Below are positions 1-8,986 of a stretch of 64,000 bases of DNA, in pieces (within the stretch, counting starts at the first letter, position 1; each line of letters opens with the position of its first letter). The translations under genes were made by a program, and so were the position numbers. The stretch lies in the NCBI GenBank assembly GCA_965226585.1, contig OZ245366.1, positions 64,001-128,000 of the forward strand, written 5' to 3'. Source of the stretch: Thermodesulfobacteriota bacterium. Lineage in GTDB: Bacteria; Desulfobacterota_D; UBA1144; Nemesobacterales; Mycalebacteriaceae. The notes under the pieces were generated by a model, which saw only the letters and a list, made by a program, of their open reading frames with translations, had not been told where the DNA came from and did not search any database.

Positions 1-1142
1 TCATCGCCCTTACTCAACTCCCCCGAATCCGTTACCGCCTTCCCCCCTTTATACGCAACCGCATAGCCGCGCCCCAAAATGGCAAGCGGACTTAGCGCGT
101 CAAGCCGCGCCGCCGCCGCGCCGATTTCATAACCGTATGTCTCAACCCTCGCCCCCGCCGCCGCAAGCAGAGAAACCGAAAGCCCGTCCACCTCCATTTC
201 GGCATAAGAAACCGCCGAGGAAAGAGCGGAGGAAAGCCGCCCGCGCATATCTGTAAGCCCGCGCAAAATGTCATCCTTTACCGGAACAACCATCTCCGCC
301 GCCGCAGACGGCGTTGCCGCCCTTCTGTCCGCCGCAAGGTCTGACGCCGTTTTGTCTATCTCATGCCCCACCGCAGACACAACCGGAAACCCGCATCCCG
401 CCACCGCCCTTGCCACCTTCTCCGTGTTGAACGCCGAAAGATCCTCGCCGCTTCCGCCGCCGCGAGCGAGAATAACCGCGTCAACATCTTTGCCCTCAAA
501 CCGCGAAAGGGCGCGCGCTATCTCGTCCGGGGCGGATTTGCCCTGAACCCTTGCGGGCGAAACGGTTATGTGAATGTTGGGAAACCTGTTTTGCGCGGCG
601 GCGATGATGTCTTGCAAAGCCGCCCCCTGCGGCGCGGTTACAACGCCAATTTTGCGGCAGAGAAAAGGAAGCGGTTTTTTCCGGTCTTCTGAGAAAAGCC
701 CTTCTTTGTCCAGTTTTCCAAGCAGTTTTTTCAGAGCCGCCGCTTCCGCGCCAACGCCCTTGGGCTCAACACGGTGAACGCTTATGTTGACGGTTCCGCG
801 TTTTTCATAAAAATCCGCCCGGCACCGGCACAGAACAAGCATCCCGCTTTCGGGAACAAAACCGCCCATCTTTGCCACCGCAGACCGCCAGCAGGTTGCG
901 CGAATTTCGCTGTTTTCATCGCGAAGGGTGAAATACCAGTGTCCGCTGGTGTGCGCGGTAAAATCGGTTATTTCGCCCTCAACCCAGAACGCCCCGCCGC
1001 CGGTTGCGTGGCGCACGGAATCTCCGAGCAGTGTGTTAAGCGAGGTTACGGTATAGACCGTTTCGTCAACGATGTCTCTGAGAAGCGGCGGCTCTTGCGG
1101 GGTTGAGGGTTTGTTAATACTGATGACCTTCCTTTTTGGCAA
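1..1142 (-). CDS. xseA: Exodeoxyribonuclease VII large subunit; 3' end runs off the window; start uncertain (TTG at 1142 assumed)
   Basis: Not in the ORF track. Manual translation of the minus strand gives VYTVTSLN...WVEGEITDF...SGHWYFTLRD...IGVVTAPQGAALQD...ARVQG...ILARGGGSGEDLSAFN...VSAVGHEID...AATPSAAAE...LDALSPLAILGRGYA, which are XseA signature motifs. Confidence 0.93.
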   Translation of the reverse strand, partial: MPKRKVISINKPSTPQEPPLLRDIVDETVYTVTSLNTLLGDSVRHATGGGAFWVEGEITDFTAHTSGHWYFTLRDENSEIRATCWRSAVAKMGGFVPESGMLVLCRCRADFYEKRGTVNISVHRVEPKGVGAEAAALKKLLGKLDKEGLFSEDRKKPLPFLCRKIGVVTAPQGAALQDIIAAAQNRFPNIHITVSPARVQGKSAPDEIARALSRFEGKDVDAVILARGGGSGEDLSAFNTEKVARAVAGCGFPVVSAVGHEIDKTASDLAADRRAATPSAAAEMVVPVKDDILRGLTDMRGRLSSALSSAVSYAEMEVDGLSVSLLAAAGARVETYGYEIGAAAARLDALSPLAILGRGYAVAYKGGKAVTDSGELSKGD

Positions 1143-1500
1143 AGCGCATATTTGCTCCGCCCGTGTCCGCTCCGTTCATATTCGCGTCAATCAGGTGCGC
1201 GCCCTCAAGGTTCGCCCCTTTCATTTTCGCGCCCGAAAGGTCTGATTTTTCAAAGTTTGCTCCGTATAAGTCCGCGCCCGTAAAGTCTGCGTTTTTGAAA
1301 ACGCATCCTTTGCAGAAGGCGAGTTTCATTTTCGCGCCTGAAAGGTTTATGCTTGAAAGGTCAAGCCCTGAGATGTCCGCCCACGCAAGGTCTGGAACGG
1401 CGGAAGGGTTTTCCTCGCGCCACCTGTTCCACTCACCCGCGCCCTTTTTGATGATTTCAATATGTGCGGAATTTGCCATTAGTGGAAAAGTTTTCGCCAA
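1114..1500 (-). CDS. Pentapeptide repeat protein (true start may be ATG 1479)
   Basis: N-terminal 'EWNRWREENP' cap followed by A(D/N)Lxx repeats (ADFTG ADLYG ANFEK SDLSG...). Confidence 0.85.
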   Translation of the reverse strand: MAKTFPLMANSAHIEIIKKGAGEWNRWREENPSAVPDLAWADISGLDLSSINLSGAKMKLAFCKGCVFKNADFTGADLYGANFEKSDLSGAKMKGANLEGAHLIDANMNGADTGGANMRFAKKEGHQY

Positions 1501-1609
1501 CCCGTGTTAGCAAGGCAACACTTTGAACTGTGGTTTTTTCTCTTTTCTGACTGCCATTTTTTACCCTCGCGAAAACCGTAACTTGAAACTGTTCGCACAG
1601 TCAACCGCC

Positions 1610-2212
1610 CTATTTCTCCCGTGTTGACACCTTGCTCATCTTATCGCCCTGCTTTATGGAGTTCACAACTTCCATTCCTTCAACCACTTTGCCGAAAACC
1701 GTGTGCTTTCCGTTGAGGTGCGGCTGGGGCGAGTGCGTGATGAAAAACTGGCTTCCGTTTGTGTCGGGTCCTGAATTCGCCATTGATATTACGCCCGCAG
1801 AATGAACAAGCGGATTGCCGCCCGTCTCATCCTCAAACCTGTATCCGGGTCCGCCTGAACCGGTTCCCGAAGGGTCGCCGCCCTGTATCATAAAATCATC
1901 TATCACGCGGTGAAAAACCACGCCGTCATAAAAACCCTCGCCCGCGAGAAACACAAAGTTGTTGACCGTTTTCGGAGCGTGTTCGGGATACAACTCAAGG
2001 GTTATCTTTCCCTTGTCCGTCTCCATCTCAACGATGTAGGTTTTGCCCCCGTCTATCGCCATTTCGGGCGGCGCGTCCCATTGTTTTGATTCCGTCATTT
2101 TTTCTTCTCCTCCTTTTGGTTGTTTTTCTTCCTTCTTCGTTTCGCCTCCGCCGCCGCAACCCGCGAGAACCGCAAGCAGACAGCAGGCGACAACAAAAAC
2201 TTTTTTTCTCAT
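1610..2212 (-). CDS. Cyclophilin-type peptidyl-prolyl cis-trans isomerase, predicted lipoprotein
   Basis: [37 protein letters not shown] and [10 protein letters not shown] motifs; N-terminal signal peptide with lipobox LAGC. Confidence 0.93.
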   Translation of the reverse strand: MRKKVFVVACCLLAVLAGCGGGGETKKEEKQPKGGEEKMTESKQWDAPPEMAIDGGKTYIVEMETDKGKITLELYPEHAPKTVNNFVFLAGEGFYDGVVFHRVIDDFMIQGGDPSGTGSGGPGYRFEDETGGNPLVHSAGVISMANSGPDTNGSQFFITHSPQPHLNGKHTVFGKVVEGMEVVNSIKQGDKMSKVSTREK

Positions 2213-3183
2213 TCGTCTCCGCTTGCGCCTTCACCCGCGCAAAGGGAAAGACCCGAAACCCGTATGCCGAGTTTTGAGTAGAAATCCGCCACCTCTCGCG
2301 GCGGTTCCGAATCGGTGAATATGTGGCGCAAACGACCGCCGAAAACCGGCGTTCCAATTTTCTCCGCCTCGCTTGAAACCTGCTTCAAACTTTCTGAGTC
2401 AACAAAAAGCACGGTCGGCATAACCTCCGCCACGTCTTTGAGGAAGTCGTCTCCACATTCCGCCCCCGCCGTCCGCGCAGACGCGCAAAGCGGAATGAAC
2501 TTTGCCGCGCGCGAAAACATATCGCCTCGCGGAAGCAGACAGAAAGTTTGAGACTCTTCAAGAGCCGCCCCCGCCTTCTCCGCCGCAGAGCCAACCATAC
2601 GCATAAATCCGCCCTGAGTGAGAGACACCGGGTTTGCCGCTCCGTTGTAAATCTCAATCGCCGCAAGAGACGGAGACACGGCGGAAAAAGTGTCTTCAAG
2701 GGCGTCTGTCATTTTCTTTTTTTTGAGAAATCCGAACTTCAGGGCGGCGCGGAAATCTGTAACAACGCTGTCGGGAGAGCCATTTTGTCCGGCCGAGTAG
2801 TGGACGGCTTTTTTTATGTTCGGATGACGGGCGGAAAGGGTTTGCGCGGTTTCGCGGTTTTTTACAAAGGCGGCGGTTATCTCAGGCAGGGCGGGCGCGG
2901 CGGAGTTTGCGGAAGGGGCGGTTGATATGGCGATGGTTCCGAGCATCAGGGCGGCGGTTTCAGAAACCATGCCGTCATAAGAGGCGGTGGACTCAAAAAG
3001 AATTTTGTTTCCGGGCGTTATGCCCGCGTCCAGAATGAACGCGCAAACGCTTTCCACATCGCTTTCAAAATCTTTCCACGTTATCTGTTTCCAACTCCAG
3101 CCGTCTTTTTTCTGAAGCAGAATGGAAACGCCTTTTCCTTTAACGCCTGACTTTATGAGGGCTGGCAAAGTGTCTGAAATCAT
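2209..3183 (-). CDS. Degenerate/truncated AMP-binding (long-chain acyl-CoA synthetase-like) protein
   Basis: Start re-called at ATG 3183 (MISDTLPAL). [30 protein letters not shown] and FGGRLRHIF resemble long-chain acyl-CoA synthetase segments, but the TSGTTG loop and C-terminal half are absent. Confidence 0.6.
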   Translation of the reverse strand: MISDTLPALIKSGVKGKGVSILLQKKDGWSWKQITWKDFESDVESVCAFILDAGITPGNKILFESTASYDGMVSETAALMLGTIAISTAPSANSAAPALPEITAAFVKNRETAQTLSARHPNIKKAVHYSAGQNGSPDSVVTDFRAALKFGFLKKKKMTDALEDTFSAVSPSLAAIEIYNGAANPVSLTQGGFMRMVGSAAEKAGAALEESQTFCLLPRGDMFSRAAKFIPLCASARTAGAECGDDFLKDVAEVMPTVLFVDSESLKQVSSEAEKIGTPVFGGRLRHIFTDSEPPREVADFYSKLGIRVSGLSLCAGEGASGDE

Positions 3184-3246
3184 AATCGGGAAATCCCGGG
3201 CGGCGGGAAAAACCGCCTGACGGGTAGTATAATACAAAATCAGAAA

Positions 3247-4632
3247 ATGCGGCAATCTCCCGGCATACACCCTTCCCGTTTTTCCGAACCGCTTTTTGCC
3301 CCTGCGGCGGACATAGTTCGCAGGCTTAAAGACGCGGGGCACTCCGCCTTTATGGTGGGCGGGTGCGTCCGCAACATGACGCTTGGCATTCCCGCCGGAG
3401 AGTTTGACATCACAACTTCCGCCACTCCCGATGAGGTGAAAAAAATCTTCACGCGCACTTATGCGGTTGGCGAAAGCTTTGGCGTGGTGGTTGTGCTTTC
3501 CGGCGGCGGCAGTTTTGAAGTTGCCACTTTCAGAAAGGATTTGGACTACCGTGACGGCAGGCATCCCGAAGCGGTTGAGTACGGAACCAGCGAAAAAGAG
3601 GATGTGGAGAGAAGGGATTTTACAATCAACGCCCTGCTTTTTGACCCTGACGAAAACGCGGTTTTTGACTACACGGGCGGGCTTGCAGACATAGAGGCGA
3701 AGGTTGTGAGAACGGTTGGAGACGCGGAGAAGCGGTTTTCCGAAGACCGTTTGCGCCTGCTTCGCGCCGTGCGTTTTGCGGCGGACATGGGATTTGAGAT
3801 TGAGGAGAAAACCCTTGAGGCGGTCAAGGCAAATGCCGGGGCGATTTCAGAGGTAAGCGCGGAGCGGGTGAGAGAGGAGATTGCGAAACTGCTTACCCGC
3901 AGAAACGGCGGGCGCGGCATCACGCTTATGAAAGAGACGGGGCTTCTTGAGCGCGCGCTTCCCGAAGCCGCCGCGATGGCGGGAGTGGAACAGCCGCCTG
4001 AGTTTCATCCTGAGGGAGATGTGTTTGTTCACACGGTTGCCGTGCTTGACAGGCTTGAGGAGAACACGCCGGAGCGTTCCACGGAGTTGGCATACGCGGC
4101 ATTGCTTCACGACATAGGAAAGCCGCCGACTTTTGAGCCCGCGGCTGAAGGCGGGAGAATTCGTTTCAACGGGCACGACAGGGTTGGCGCGGAGATGTCA
4201 AAGAAAATTTGCCGCCGCCTGCGTTTTTCAAACAAGCAGACCGAAAGGATATGCGAGCTTGTGCGTCATCACTTGAAGTTCAAGGATATTTTCAAGATGC
4301 GTGAAAGCACGCTCAAGCGGTTTTTGGCAATGCCGTATTTTGACGAGCATTTAGCTCTCCATCTGGCGGACTGTCTGGGAAGCCACGGAATGACGGACGC
4401 TTATGAGTTCGCGAAGGAAAAACTTGAGCAGTTTGGTGAGGAGGAGATAAAACCCGCTCCGCTGATAACCGGAAAAGACCTGATAGAAATGGGCTACAAA
4501 CCGTCCCCGCTTTTTTCTGAAATCCTCTCAGAAGTGGAAGAAGCGCAACTTGAGAACAAACTCAAAACAAAAGAAGACGCCCAAAGTTTTGTTGAAGGGA
4601 AGTATCCGCTTTCAAAAAACTCCGGCGGGTAA
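3247..4632 (+). CDS. cca: CCA tRNA nucleotidyltransferase with HD domain
   Basis: VGGCVRN...EFDITT, RRDFTINAL, EDRLRLLRAVRF, SAERVREE, HPEGDV and LLHDIGKP motifs. Confidence 0.92.
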   Translation: MRQSPGIHPSRFSEPLFAPAADIVRRLKDAGHSAFMVGGCVRNMTLGIPAGEFDITTSATPDEVKKIFTRTYAVGESFGVVVVLSGGGSFEVATFRKDLDYRDGRHPEAVEYGTSEKEDVERRDFTINALLFDPDENAVFDYTGGLADIEAKVVRTVGDAEKRFSEDRLRLLRAVRFAADMGFEIEEKTLEAVKANAGAISEVSAERVREEIAKLLTRRNGGRGITLMKETGLLERALPEAAAMAGVEQPPEFHPEGDVFVHTVAVLDRLEENTPERSTELAYAALLHDIGKPPTFEPAAEGGRIRFNGHDRVGAEMSKKICRRLRFSNKQTERICELVRHHLKFKDIFKMRESTLKRFLAMPYFDEHLALHLADCLGSHGMTDAYEFAKEKLEQFGEEEIKPAPLITGKDLIEMGYKPSPLFSEILSEVEEAQLENKLKTKEDAQSFVEGKYPLSKNSGG

Positions 4633-4633
4633 C

Positions 4634-4657
4634 TTGCGGCGCAACGCGGCGCCGCAA
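4634..4657. terminator. Hairpin between the convergent cca and atpE genes; possible bidirectional terminator
   Basis: Perfect 9-bp inverted repeat TTGCGGCGC-aacgcg-GCGCCGCAA; no strong U-tract. Confidence 0.45.
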
Positions 4658-4674
4658 TGAAACCGTCTTCCTTA

Positions 4675-4998
4675 TTAAAGTTTGCCCTGAAGCAAAAACG
4701 CTATCAGAAGCGCGTAGATGACGAGCGACTCAATCAGAGCAAGACCGATAATCATCGGGGTCTGAATCTTTGCCGCCGCTCCGGGGTTTCTCGCGATTCC
4801 CTCAAGAGCCGCCGCCGTAACACGCCCCTGTCCAAGACCCGCTATCCCGGCGGCAAAACCAATGCCGATGCCGGCTCCAAGACCTATGCCGAGTTTGGCA
4901 AGATCTCCAACCTCACCGGTCGCCGCGAACGCCTCAGGCGCGAAGGAAAAAATCCCCGCCACAAAAAGACCGGCAAACATAAAAACAACTTTCTTCAT
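4675..4998 (-). CDS. atpE: ATP synthase Fo subunit c
   Basis: GxGxGxG helix, GLGQG, IARNP loop, IESLVIY with the conserved Glu; strong RBS AGGAGG. Confidence 0.96.
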   Translation of the reverse strand: MKKVVFMFAGLFVAGIFSFAPEAFAATGEVGDLAKLGIGLGAGIGIGFAAGIAGLGQGRVTAAALEGIARNPGAAAKIQTPMIIGLALIESLVIYALLIAFLLQGKL

Positions 4999-5044
4999 CT
5001 TACTTCCTCCTTTGTAAGGTTTTGTTTTCTATCCTCTAAAACTA

Positions 5045-5731
5045 CTAATGATGCGACTCCGCAAGAGTTATGTAAATCGCGGAAAGCACCGTAAATATAA
5101 ACGCTTGAAGAAAACTGACAAATACCCCCAGCGCAACAAAAAGCGCGGGAATGAAAAAATGCGTCAGATTCATAAAAACGCCCATCACCATGTGGTCGCC
5201 CGTGATGTTCATAAAAAGCCGAAGCGAAAGCGACACCGGACGCACAATGTGACTCACAAGCTCTATGATGAGCATAAGCGGAGCCAGAAACGCAACCGGA
5301 CCCAGAAACTGCTTCAAATATCCCGCCCCGTGCGCCTTGAAGCCGTAGAAGTTGTACATGATGAATATCAGAACCCCGAACGCGAGAGTTGTGTTAAGAA
5401 CGCCTGTCGGCGGCAGAAAACCAGGCACTATGCCAAGCAGATTGCAAAACAATATGAAGAAAAACGAACCCGCCAGCAAAGGGAAATAGTGCTTCGCCTT
5501 CTCACGCGAGCCGAGAATGTTTGTGAGCATATCCAGCAGAAAATCTATCCCGATGAGTTCAATGAAGTTTCTGAAAGTCGCGCGATCGGACGGAAGCGGA
5601 GAGGCGTCTGCAAGAACGCTTTTTCTGAAACGCAGACCCGTAACGACAAGGAAAAGTACGACTACTCCAAGCCCTATTATGTGGTCAAAGGGCGTGAGCC
5701 CGAACAACGAAAACCAGCTAAAATGTTCCAC
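5045..5731 (-). CDS. atpB: ATP synthase Fo subunit a
   Basis: NLLGIVP, RPVSLSLRLFMN (essential Arg), LQAFIFTVL. Confidence 0.96.
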   Translation of the reverse strand: MEHFSWFSLFGLTPFDHIIGLGVVVLFLVVTGLRFRKSVLADASPLPSDRATFRNFIELIGIDFLLDMLTNILGSREKAKHYFPLLAGSFFFILFCNLLGIVPGFLPPTGVLNTTLAFGVLIFIMYNFYGFKAHGAGYLKQFLGPVAFLAPLMLIIELVSHIVRPVSLSLRLFMNITGDHMVMGVFMNLTHFFIPALFVALGVFVSFLQAFIFTVLSAIYITLAESHH

Positions 5732-6134
5732 TTTGTGAGATAAGCCCCGCCGTTACGATTCCTGTGACACCGGCTGTCAGCCCCGTAATAAAACCTAAAA
5801 TATCCAATTCCGCAACCTTGATAAGAAAAACCGCTATCAGAACAAGCACGACTATCTTTATAATGAAAAGAGCCGCCGCTCGCGCGGTCGAGATTTTACC
5901 CGCGCCTTCCGGCTTTGTGAAGGCGGAAACGATTAGCCGCAAAACCGCCACATCCGCGGAGAACAGAACACCCGCCGCAAGCGCGGCAAGCCCGAAACCG
6001 CCGCCAAACGCCGCCCATCCAAACCCCGCCGCCGCAACAGAAAACACAAGGGAAAACAGTTCGGGCTTCCGCAAAAGAGAGGAACCCGCGCCGCCATCGC
6101 CATTTACTTTTTCATCGGTCATTTCATCCGTCAT
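5718..6134 (-). CDS. atpI: ATP synthase protein I (4-TM)
   Basis: Hydrophobic 4-helix protein directly upstream of atpB. Confidence 0.7.
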   Translation of the reverse strand: MTDEMTDEKVNGDGGAGSSLLRKPELFSLVFSVAAAGFGWAAFGGGFGLAALAAGVLFSADVAVLRLIVSAFTKPEGAGKISTARAAALFIIKIVVLVLIAVFLIKVAELDILGFITGLTAGVTGIVTAGLISQSGTF

Positions 6135-6325
6135 CCGAACCTCCTGAGCGTCCGCACGAGCAGAAACATTCCGCCCCCCGCGCCAAGTGTTATACCCGCA
6201 AGCGTCATATACGGGGTTTCAAATCCAAACCTCGCGTCTGCGTAGTCTCCGGCGAAAAGACCCGCCGCAACAGATGCGGCAATCTCAAAGCCCACAACCG
6301 TGAAAACCATCCAGCGGTTTTTCAC
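6131..6325 (-). CDS. AtpZ/AtpI-family small membrane protein
   Basis: GFEIAASV...G.YADARFGFETPY...G pattern; 4-nt overlaps with hemL and atpI. Confidence 0.75.
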   Translation of the reverse strand: MKNRWMVFTVVGFEIAASVAAGLFAGDYADARFGFETPYMTLAGITLGAGGGMFLLVRTLRRFG

Positions 6326-7701
6326 GAAACCGCCCCCTCGCGCCCTTTGGCGGTTCGCGCCCGCGCGGCGGCGGAAAAAGCGCGCTCTGCGGCGCGAACG
6401 GTTTTTCTTATGTCAGCGTCCGTGTGCGCTTTGGACACAAAAGCCGCCTCAAACTGTGACGGCGGAAAAAGAACGCCCTCCCGCCTGAGCGCGGTGTGAA
6501 AAATGCCGAACTTGCCCGTGTCGCAACGGAGGGCGGATGCGTAATCCGTTACGGGCGAAGGTGAGAAAAACACCGTGAACATTGAGCCCGCAGAGTTGAC
6601 CGTTACGGAAACGCCCGCAGTTTCCGCCGCGCTTTTTATGCCTCCGCACAGAAGGGCGGTTTTCTTTTCCAGTTCCCCGTATCCGCGCGCGCCGCCGATT
6701 CCGCGTATGGAGGCAATTCCGGCGGAAACCGCAAGCGGATTGCCCGACAGCGTTCCCGCCTGATACACGGGACCCAGAGGGGAAACCATGTCCATAATCT
6801 CAGCCCTCGCCCCGAACGCGCCGACCGGAAGCCCGCCGCCGATAATCTTTCCGAGGCAGGTTATGTCCGGCGCGACCTTGTAAACGCCCTGCGCCCCGCC
6901 GGGAAAACGCAGACCGGTTATCACCTCGTCAAATATCAGAAGCGCGCCGTGCTTGCGGGTTGTCTTTCTCAAATACCGCAGAAAACCCCGCGCCGGAGGA
7001 ACAACCCCCATGTTTCCCGCAACCGGCTCTATAACAACCGCCGCTATCTGTTTTCCCTTGCGGGCAAAAATCTTTTCCACCGAAGCCGTGTCGTTGTATC
7101 GCGCCGTGAGGGTTTTTGAAGTGAAGGAGCGAGGCACACCCGCGCTTGCGGGAGAGCCGAAAGTTGTCGCGCCCGAACCGGCTTTGACAAGCAGGTGGTC
7201 TGCGTGCCCGTGATAACAGCCGTCAAACTTCACTATATGGTCGCGCCCCGTGAACGCCCGCGCAAGACGGACGGCAGACATAAGGGCTTCGGTTCCTGAG
7301 TTCGTCATCCGTATCTTCCGCATGGATTTGAACTGTTTTGCCACTAATTGAGCGAGTTCTATCTCCGCCTCGCATGAAACGCCGTAACTGGTTCCCGCTT
7401 TCGCGGCGGCGGTTACGGCGCGCACAACTGACGGATGGGAATGTCCGAGAATCAGGGCTCCCCACGAGCCCATATAGTCTGTATAGCGGTTTCCGTCTGC
7501 GTCATAAACTGACGAGCCGCGAGCGCGGGATATAAACAGCGGCTCGCCGCCCACCGCTCCGAATGAACGCACGGGACTGTTGACGCCGCCCACAAGAAGT
7601 TTGCGGGCTTTGCTGAAAAGCGCGGACGATTTTGTGTTTCTGCGTGTGGTTTTTTCCGCCAAATCGCGAACCTCCCGCCGAATGGAAAAGGCGCGGGACA
7701 C
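6322..7701 (-). CDS. hemL: Glutamate-1-semialdehyde 2,1-aminomutase
   Basis: GGVNSPVRSF, NSGTEA, GCYHGH, FDEVITG, LGKIIGGGLPVGA, YQAGTLSGNP and PSQFEA motifs. Confidence 0.97.
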   Translation of the reverse strand: MSRAFSIRREVRDLAEKTTRRNTKSSALFSKARKLLVGGVNSPVRSFGAVGGEPLFISRARGSSVYDADGNRYTDYMGSWGALILGHSHPSVVRAVTAAAKAGTSYGVSCEAEIELAQLVAKQFKSMRKIRMTNSGTEALMSAVRLARAFTGRDHIVKFDGCYHGHADHLLVKAGSGATTFGSPASAGVPRSFTSKTLTARYNDTASVEKIFARKGKQIAAVVIEPVAGNMGVVPPARGFLRYLRKTTRKHGALLIFDEVITGLRFPGGAQGVYKVAPDITCLGKIIGGGLPVGAFGARAEIMDMVSPLGPVYQAGTLSGNPLAVSAGIASIRGIGGARGYGELEKKTALLCGGIKSAAETAGVSVTVNSAGSMFTVFFSPSPVTDYASALRCDTGKFGIFHTALRREGVLFPPSQFEAAFVSKAHTDADIRKTVRAAERAFSAAARARTAKGREGAVS

Positions 7702-7708
7702 GCACGGG

Positions 7709-7774
7709 ATAGTACACGAGATAGTATGAGGGCGCGAGAGTTTTTTAGAGTTAGCCGCCCGCGCCGTTTATAAT
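7709..7774. promoter_or_regulatory. Divergent promoter region hemL / cbiET, with -10 boxes 6-7 nt from the start codons
   Basis: Plus-strand TATAAT at 7769-7774, 6 nt before ATG 7781; minus-strand TACTAT at 7714-7709, 7 nt before GTG 7701. Confidence 0.55.
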
Positions 7775-7780
7775 CCCGCA

Positions 7781-8986
7781 ATGAAACCCGGAGCAGAAAC
7801 AGAGCCCGTGTTTGCGGCGATAGGGATTCCGTGCGAAAGCGGAGAACTGACGCTTAGCGGCAGAGCGGCGGAAGTTGTGAGAAAAAGCCGTGTTTTTTCG
7901 GGCGGAAAAAGGCATTTTGAAAAAGTGCGCGAACTCCTCCCAGCCGGCGGCGAGTGGATAGACATCGGCGGCGACATTGAAAAGACGCTTAAAGAATACG
8001 ACCGGCGGCGGAGGGGCGGAACCATCGTGATATTCGCTTCGGGCGACCCGCTTTTTTACGGAATTGGCTCAACCCTCAGGCGACTGCGCCCCGAATGCGA
8101 ACTTGAGGTTTTTCGCGCTCCGAGCAGTGTGGAAACGCTTTGCCGCAGAGCGGGAGTTGAGGCGGACGGCATTGCGGGGGCTTCTGTTCACGGACGCGAC
8201 TGGCACGAACTTGACCGCGCCCTGATTGGCGGGGAAAAACTCACCGGGCTTCTGACCGATTCCGTGAACTCACCGGATGCGGCGGCGGAAAGGATGGTTT
8301 TCTACGGATTTGCGGATTATAAATGCCTCTGCGGAGAGAGGCTCGGAGAAAAGGACGAGAGAATAAGGTCTTTTTCTTCGGCGCGGGAGATGGCGCGGAC
8401 AGAATTTTCACAGCCGTGCGCCGTTGTGCTTGAACAAATTTCAGAGGCGGGCGGAGAGAAAAATGCGGAAAGCGCGGAGTTTGAAACCTTGCGCGGCAAG
8501 CCCGGAATGATTACAAAACCGGGGGCGCGCCGAATGGCGATAGAACGGCTTGAGCTTGACCGCGCAGAGCATTTCTGGGACATAGGTTTTTGCACGGGTT
8601 CAGTTTCAGTTGAGGCGCGGCGGCGTTTTCCCGCGCTGAGGGTTGCGGCGTTTGAAAAAAACCGCGACTGCGAAGAGGTGATTGAGAAAAACGCGAAAAG
8701 GTTTTCAGCGCCGGGAATAAAAGTTGTTATGGGGGATTTTTTTGAGAGCGGGGCGGAAAAACTTCCCGCGCCGGACGCCGTTTTTATCGGCGGACACGGC
8801 GGGAGGCTTGAGGATATGATAAACACATTGGGGAAAACCGTCCGGCGGGGCGGCAGGATTGTGATAAACAGCGTTACGGAAGAAAGCGGGAAAATATTTC
8901 GCGAAAAATCCTGCGGGGCGGGTTTTGAATTTACCGGTGAGAAAAAAGCGGACAACGTGGAAATTTTAAGCGCGGTGAAAAAATGA
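7781..8986 (+). CDS. cbiET: Precorrin-6Y C5,15-methyltransferase (decarboxylating), CbiE-CbiT fusion
   Basis: FASGDPLFYGIG, SVHGR, GMITK, WDIGFCTGSVSVE and PDAVFIGG motifs. Confidence 0.92.
   Translation: MKPGAETEPVFAAIGIPCESGELTLSGRAAEVVRKSRVFSGGKRHFEKVRELLPAGGEWIDIGGDIEKTLKEYDRRRRGGTIVIFASGDPLFYGIGSTLRRLRPECELEVFRAPSSVETLCRRAGVEADGIAGASVHGRDWHELDRALIGGEKLTGLLTDSVNSPDAAAERMVFYGFADYKCLCGERLGEKDERIRSFSSAREMARTEFSQPCAVVLEQISEAGGEKNAESAEFETLRGKPGMITKPGARRMAIERLELDRAEHFWDIGFCTGSVSVEARRRFPALRVAAFEKNRDCEEVIEKNAKRFSAPGIKVVMGDFFESGAEKLPAPDAVFIGGHGGRLEDMINTLGKTVRRGGRIVINSVTEESGKIFREKSCGAGFEFTGEKKADNVEILSAVKK

Noticed and set aside
92..1106. Short ORFs in the track over 1-1.1 kb
   Set aside because: They are antisense or off-frame shadows of xseA, which occupies the minus strand.
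3184..3564. N-terminal extension of the 451-aa ORF
   Set aside because: It overlaps cca on the opposite strand; recognisable similarity begins at ATG 3183.
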